A stretch of 28,060 nucleotides of DNA, taken from positions 8,683 through 36,742 of the forward strand of contig CAYGFN010000001.1 of NCBI GenBank assembly GCA_964349145.1. The letters run 5' to 3'. The first letter of the stretch is position 1. Every line of letters starts with the position of its first letter. A model generated the notes under the pieces. That model did no database searches, was not told the DNA's origin, and saw nothing but the letters and a program-made list of their open reading frames with translations. The translations under genes and the position numbers were made by a program. Of the stretch, positions 24,212 through 28,060 are shown piece after piece. The stretch is from an uncultured Candidatus Saccharibacteria bacterium (GTDB lineage: Bacteria; Patescibacteriota; Minisyncoccia; Phycocordibacterales; UBA2100).

Positions 24212-25105
24212 TTAGATGTGCATGCCCTGCAGCGCTGCGATGCGCTCTTCCACGGGTGGGTGCGTCGCGAAAAGTTTGCGCATGAGCGAGCCCTTGTTGC
24301 TCGGACCAAATGGATTCGAGATGTAGAGGTGCGCCGTGGCGCTCGTCGCGTGCTGCACGGGCGCTCCGTGGCTCGCAATCTTGTTCAGCGCGTTCGCCAA
24401 TCCCTCCGGGTAGCGCGTAAGAAGAGCGCCCGAGGCGTCGGCGAGGAATTCTCGCTTTCTTGAAATCGCGAGGTGTATGAGCTGCGCTGCTATCGGAGCG
24501 AGGATGAGACCAATGAATCCGACCACGAGGATAATGGGATTGACGTTGCGGTCTCGCCCCTCGCCGCCAAAAAGGCTCACGCGGAAAAGCATGTCTGCGA
24601 TGACCGAAAGGAATCCCGCGAGCACCACCGCGACCGTCATGACGAGAATATCGCGATTGCCGATGTGCGAGAGCTCGTGCGCGATGACCCCTTCGAGCTC
24701 TGCTCGGTCGAGCCTCGCGAGGAGGCCAGTCGTCACGGCAATCACCGAATGCTCGGGGTTTCTGCCTGTCGCAAATGCGTTTGGTGCGTCATCTTGGATG
24801 ATGTATACGCGCGGTTTCGGGAGCCCTGCCGTAATCGCAAGATTCTCAACGATGCGATGCAGTTCGAGATACTGCGTGGGATCTGCTTCTCGTGCGTGAG
24901 CTGATGAGAGTGCGATTCTATCCGAAAACCAAAACGCCGTGACGTTCATGCCAATGGAGAATGCGACCGCTACCCAGAGATACACGGGAGAGCCCATGTA
25001 GAGCGACACGAACCATCCGACCGCAATCACCACGAGGAAGAACCCCGTCATAAGTATCCAGGTCTTGGTTATGTTCTTGCCTTGCTGTGTGTAGAGTGAT
25101 GCCAT
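24212..25105 (-). CDS. htpX: Zinc metalloprotease HtpX (M48)
   Basis: APNAFATGRNP, GVIAHELSHI, ISRKREFLADASGA, ATHPPVEERI. Confidence 0.95.
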   Translation of the reverse strand: MASLYTQQGKNITKTWILMTGFFLVVIAVGWFVSLYMGSPVYLWVAVAFSIGMNVTAFWFSDRIALSSAHAREADPTQYLELHRIVENLAITAGLPKPRVYIIQDDAPNAFATGRNPEHSVIAVTTGLLARLDRAELEGVIAHELSHIGNRDILVMTVAVVLAGFLSVIADMLFRVSLFGGEGRDRNVNPIILVVGFIGLILAPIAAQLIHLAISRKREFLADASGALLTRYPEGLANALNKIASHGAPVQHATSATAHLYISNPFGPSNKGSLMRKLFATHPPVEERIAALQGMHI

Positions 25106-25114
25106 GGGGTTCAG

Positions 25115-25215
25115 TATACCCCGTGAGATATTCCGTCGGAATACCTCAAAATTCGCGTATTCTCGTCACGTTTCATTCTAGTTGCAACGCTATACTTTAT
25201 ATCTCATGGGGTATA
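25115..25215 (+). repeat. Inverted-repeat element, family A copy 5 (69-nt interior)
   Basis: TATACCCCGTGAGATA (25115-25130) ... TATCTCATGGGGTATA (25200-25215). Confidence 0.9.
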
Positions 25216-25225
25216 CAAAACTTCG

Positions 25226-25564
25226 CTATTTTCCGTAGCCGCCGAATCCTACCCACCCCGTGTCGAACACTGCATCGACTCTATATGTGCCGCGAGTAAA
25301 TACCGTGCCATTTTCGAGCAGATGCGTGACTTCGAGAATTCTTATAGTGGCGACCGGTTCTGAGAGTTGTTCATTCCCCTCGGTCTGAAGCAGCGGGGTC
25401 TTGCCGCCGATATTGTAGAGGCGCTGGTCACTCTTTAAAAAGGGGTACGCCTTTCCCACTTCCAGCTTTTCGGGAATGCACTCCGCTTCTTTGCGGCGAC
25501 CAGCCTTGAATTCCGCTTGGGAGCGGAGCGCAAGGTCGGGATTGAATTCAACTTTTATTCCCAT
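25226..25564 (-). CDS. Hypothetical protein
   Basis: Frame from MGIKVEFNPDLALR, starting 1 nt after the upstream stop; the ORF-track extension overlaps the upstream gene. Confidence 0.7.
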   Translation of the reverse strand: MGIKVEFNPDLALRSQAEFKAGRRKEAECIPEKLEVGKAYPFLKSDQRLYNIGGKTPLLQTEGNEQLSEPVATIRILEVTHLLENGTVFTRGTYRVDAVFDTGWVGFGGYGK

Positions 25565-25565
25565 A

Positions 25566-26321
25566 TTAGTGCCAGTCGGCCATCTTTTGTTCGACTTCGG
25601 AGGCTTTAAACGAAGCGTCTCGATTCCAATATTTCGGATCATTTCTTTGATGATATGCAAGTCGATTGTTAGCTTGCGCGATAAAGATGCGACGACGCTG
25701 CGTATCACATTCAACGGCAGTATCACCACTGCCTGTCCCTTTCGGTCCGGCTATCACGACTGGATCAACGCCAAGCACTTCTTGAGACACTCTTGCTACC
25801 AGCTTCACTGAAGCAACATAAGTTTCCGGGGACGTATCGTATCCGCCAAAAATGACTACGTCGATGGTGCCGGATTCGGAACGATCTTTTAGCGCGCGCA
25901 GAGTCACTCTCAAGTCATGCTCATACGCTTCTGATTGACTTCTGACCGCTAACTTGTCACCGATATTGGTTTCGCGCGCGTGCGCATCTTGATGAGTTAG
26001 AATGGAAATATTTTTATTGCCTTCGGTTCCGACTGCAAACAAGCCGATACAGTCGTAGTATTCGCTTGAGAACTTGTCACTTTCGTCTAGTTCAGATATC
26101 ACGTAAGACTCTTTGCCGCCATGTTTTTGCCCCAATCTCTTCCACTCTTTTTCGTTACCGTAATAGTCGACAGGCGTGGGTCTCGCCATAAGATCGAGAT
26201 TCTCTTCCTCAACTGGGAAGTATTTCTCATCACTTATGCACGCGGTAATGAGCCCGCGATTGAGCGACTCTTGTGACTGCAGTGCGATTTCTTGTGAACG
26301 ACGCTCGGCTCGTTCGCGCAT
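25566..26321 (-). CDS. Hypothetical protein, possible CheD-like Cys-His deamidase fold
   Basis: YDCIGLFAVG...ISILTHQD...VVIFGG pattern; starts 3 nt after the lemA stop. Confidence 0.55.
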   Translation of the reverse strand: MRERAERRSQEIALQSQESLNRGLITACISDEKYFPVEEENLDLMARPTPVDYYGNEKEWKRLGQKHGGKESYVISELDESDKFSSEYYDCIGLFAVGTEGNKNISILTHQDAHARETNIGDKLAVRSQSEAYEHDLRVTLRALKDRSESGTIDVVIFGGYDTSPETYVASVKLVARVSQEVLGVDPVVIAGPKGTGSGDTAVECDTQRRRIFIAQANNRLAYHQRNDPKYWNRDASFKASEVEQKMADWH

Positions 26322-26324
26322 AGG

Positions 26325-26882
26325 CTAGAAACTGACTGCGACAGGATTCTTGGCAGCCTGTTCACCTTCTGCGAGCTCGAAGAATTCGCTCTCTTTAAAT
26401 CCGAAACCCTTCGCGATGAGATTCGATGGGAAAGATTGCACCTTCGTGTTCAATTCCTGCACCACTGAATTGTAGAAGCGGCGGGCAGCCTGAATCTTAT
26501 TTTCTGTGTCCGAGAGTTCACGCTGCAACTCTACGAAGCTCGCGTTGGCTTTGAGATCCGGATACGCTTCCGATACAGCAAAGAGTGATTTGAGTGCTCC
26601 GGCAAGCATGTTTTCTGCCTGTGTGTGCTCCCCCACTGTCTGTGCACCCATCGCTGCAGTGCGCGCATCGGTCACCTTCTGAAGCGTGCCTGCTTCATGC
26701 GCGGCATATCCCTTGACCGTCTCTACGAGATTCGGGATGAGGTCGAAACGACGCTTAAACTGGACTTCGATATCCGACCATGCCTCTTTGACACGGTTAA
26801 CGAGCGTGATGAAACGGTTGTAGGCGCCGATTACGTAGAGAACGAGGACAGCTGCTACTCCTAAAAGAATGTATGTAGTCAT
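26325..26882 (-). CDS. lemA: LemA family protein
   Basis: AWSDIEVQFKRRFDLIPNLVETVKGYAAHE, EAYPDLKAN, ENKIQAARRFYN. Confidence 0.95.
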   Translation of the reverse strand: MTTYILLGVAAVLVLYVIGAYNRFITLVNRVKEAWSDIEVQFKRRFDLIPNLVETVKGYAAHEAGTLQKVTDARTAAMGAQTVGEHTQAENMLAGALKSLFAVSEAYPDLKANASFVELQRELSDTENKIQAARRFYNSVVQELNTKVQSFPSNLIAKGFGFKESEFFELAEGEQAAKNPVAVSF

Positions 26883-26892
26883 ATGCGAGAAG

Positions 26893-26993
26893 TATACCCC
26901 GTGAGATATAAAAATCTACCTTCACAATCCTTTCATGTAGCATGTCAAATACCGACCGATGTCAGCAATCGAACGCATGTCTCATGGGGATAC
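26893..26993 (+). repeat. Inverted-repeat element, family A copy 6 (69-nt interior, degenerate right arm)
   Basis: TATACCCCGTGAGATA (26893-26908) ... TGTCTCATGGGGATAC (26978-26993). Confidence 0.85.
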
Positions 26994-27015
26994 CCCTTCT
27001 TCATAAAAGCGAAAT

Positions 27016-27042
27016 GGCTCGTCAGACAGTGTCCGACGAGCC
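27016..27042 (-). terminator. Hairpin, probable terminator of the 27066 gene
   Basis: GGCTCGTCAGAC-agt-GTCCGACGAGCC 12-bp stem; only a weak T tract. Confidence 0.45.
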
Positions 27043-27065
27043 CCAGTGTGGTGAACTTGCTTCCC

Positions 27066-27287
27066 TCAGCCGATCTTCAAGCCGAGACCGAAGTGCAGGA
27101 TCCCGAACAGGATCATCGGCACGACGGCGCCCGTCGGCCAGAATGTCGCCGGCACGAATTGATTGTCCCGGTCGGCTTTCGACCTCCGGAGGGCATAGAA
27201 CGCCCAGAGGAGGGTAATGCCGAGACCGGCGAGAGCGAGACCCAGCAGGACGCCGGGGTCGTTGCTCATGAGCATCTCTTTCAGCAT
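27066..27287 (-). CDS. Small two-TM hypothetical protein
   Basis: Two hydrophobic helices; upstream TTGACG-17nt-CATTAT on the minus strand; exact start uncertain (27287, 27275 or 27269). Confidence 0.6.
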   Translation of the reverse strand: MLKEMLMSNDPGVLLGLALAGLGITLLWAFYALRRSKADRDNQFVPATFWPTGAVVPMILFGILHFGLGLKIG

Positions 27288-27433
27288 TCGTTTACCCCGT
27301 TATCGCGAGCGACCAATTCGCTCGACAGCAGTCGCAATAATGACACGTTTATGACTTCACGTCAACGTCGGAGGCGCCAAAAGAAAAACGCCGCACCTCT
27401 GGAAGGAGCCGCAGCAGGTGCTGGCGGTTTTCT

Positions 27434-27937
27434 TCAGGTGCTGCGGCGGGCGACGATCAGGAACGATCCGAGGTCTTTGAGAATCTCTGTACCGGGCTGC
27501 GGTTCGATGATGTGGACGCGCGTACGCGGACTGATCGCCCAGCGGTGTGCAGTAACCGCGAAGGCGAACATAAATTTCGATTCGCCGCTCTTGAAGGTTA
27601 CGCCTTCAAAGGCAGCGAAGCTGTTGCCGTCAACGTAATCCGGCATCTTGGCAATCTTCGGGCCCCAGTGCTCCTTGAAAAAGCCCTGGAGCTGATCTTG
27701 CTTCTGATATAGCTCGCGCCAGACGAACGAGTCCAGCGGCAAGCCAGCGTAGCGGATCCCGTAGGCGTTTTCGCGCGTCCGGATGTTGAGCGGTTCGAAC
27801 CGGACTGCAGTCAGATCGATTTCGCGGTGGTCACAGAGCTCAGCGAGCAACGGGTTCACCTCGTCAATATCGACTACCTCTGTTCCAAACAGCTCCCGAT
27901 AGCGCACGGAGCTGTGGTGGTTGATTCCAATGATCAT
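27434..27937 (-). CDS. Hypothetical protein
   Basis: 167-aa open frame with GGAG upstream, its own promoter and a downstream GC hairpin (about 27377-27434). Confidence 0.65.
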   Translation of the reverse strand: MIIGINHHSSVRYRELFGTEVVDIDEVNPLLAELCDHREIDLTAVRFEPLNIRTRENAYGIRYAGLPLDSFVWRELYQKQDQLQGFFKEHWGPKIAKMPDYVDGNSFAAFEGVTFKSGESKFMFAFAVTAHRWAISPRTRVHIIEPQPGTEILKDLGSFLIVARRST

Positions 27938-27968
27938 CTTCTATGTCTCCCTGAATGAACAGGAGAAG

Positions 27969-27996
27969 ATTGTACTATAAATGACTATAAAGTCAA
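27969..27996 (-). promoter_or_regulatory. Sigma70-type promoter with an overlapping palindrome
   Basis: TTGACT-16nt-TACAAT; TGACT-ATAA-AGTCA palindrome at 27982-27995 covers the -35 box. Confidence 0.55.
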
Positions 27997-27998
27997 TA

Positions 27999-28029
27999 GC
28001 AAAAAGGCTCCGTTTGGAGCCCTTTTTGC
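27999..28029. terminator. Bidirectional terminator hairpin
   Basis: GCAAAAAGGCTCC-GTTT-GGAGCCCTTTTTGC. Confidence 0.7.
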
Positions 28030-28060
28030 ATGAATGCTTTTTTTCTACATCCCCATATCC

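Noticed and set aside
1987-26993. Family A as a CRISPR array (36-nt interiors are spacer-sized)
   Set aside because: Copies are dispersed, the arms are inverted rather than direct repeats, and there are no cas genes in the window.
1987-26993. Family A as integron attC sites
   Set aside because: No RYYYAAC/GTTRRRY core boxes at the ends, no cassette-like gene arrangement and no integrase.
27293-27302. TACCCCGTTA half-arm upstream of the small membrane gene
   Set aside because: No matching right arm within range; at most a relic.
25226-28060. Prophage or genomic island at the right end
   Set aside because: Only short hypothetical genes; no integrase, phage structural genes or att repeats visible.

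Overview
Backbone region of a reduced-genome bacterium, most likely Patescibacteria/CPR (Parcubacteria-like). This is inferred from gene content and style, not from a marker search. The genetic code is standard (TGA is used as a stop). Recognisable genes are dsbB with a thioredoxin-like partner, a VIT1/CCC1 protein, a SET-domain protein, hisS, an RNase H-like protein, a glutaredoxin, an FtsB/DivIC-like protein, lepA, murJ, a TPR membrane protein, rnpB (RNase P RNA), class II RNR (nrdJ), DUF192, DUF1761, an ATP-grasp ligase, an FAD oxidoreductase, a 1445-aa Ig-repeat surface protein, a small GIY-YIG nuclease, htpX, lemA and four tRNAs (Phe, Arg, Gly, Ser). There is no rRNA, CRISPR array, integrase or transposase. 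The unusual part is non-coding. (1) Six co-oriented copies of an inverted-repeat element CCCCGTGAGATA-[36 or 69-71 nt, poorly conserved]-TATCTCATGGGG occur. Five supply the TATA of the -10 box of apparently leaderless genes, and one forms helix P3 of RNase P RNA. (2) A duplicated, synonymously recoded lepA N-terminus carries two 36-nt palindromic inserts and ends 1 nt before the intact lepA start. (3) A GIY-YIG gene sits between an intact tRNA-Ser and a duplicated tRNA 5' fragment that is interrupted by a palindrome. (4) Two further repeat families have conserved cores inside sequence-variable outer stems. Together these suggest an active, possibly undescribed system of small palindromic insertion elements; the mobilising enzyme is not identified. 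Many CDS starts below were moved from the ORF track to the ATG 6-9 nt downstream of a TANNNT box.
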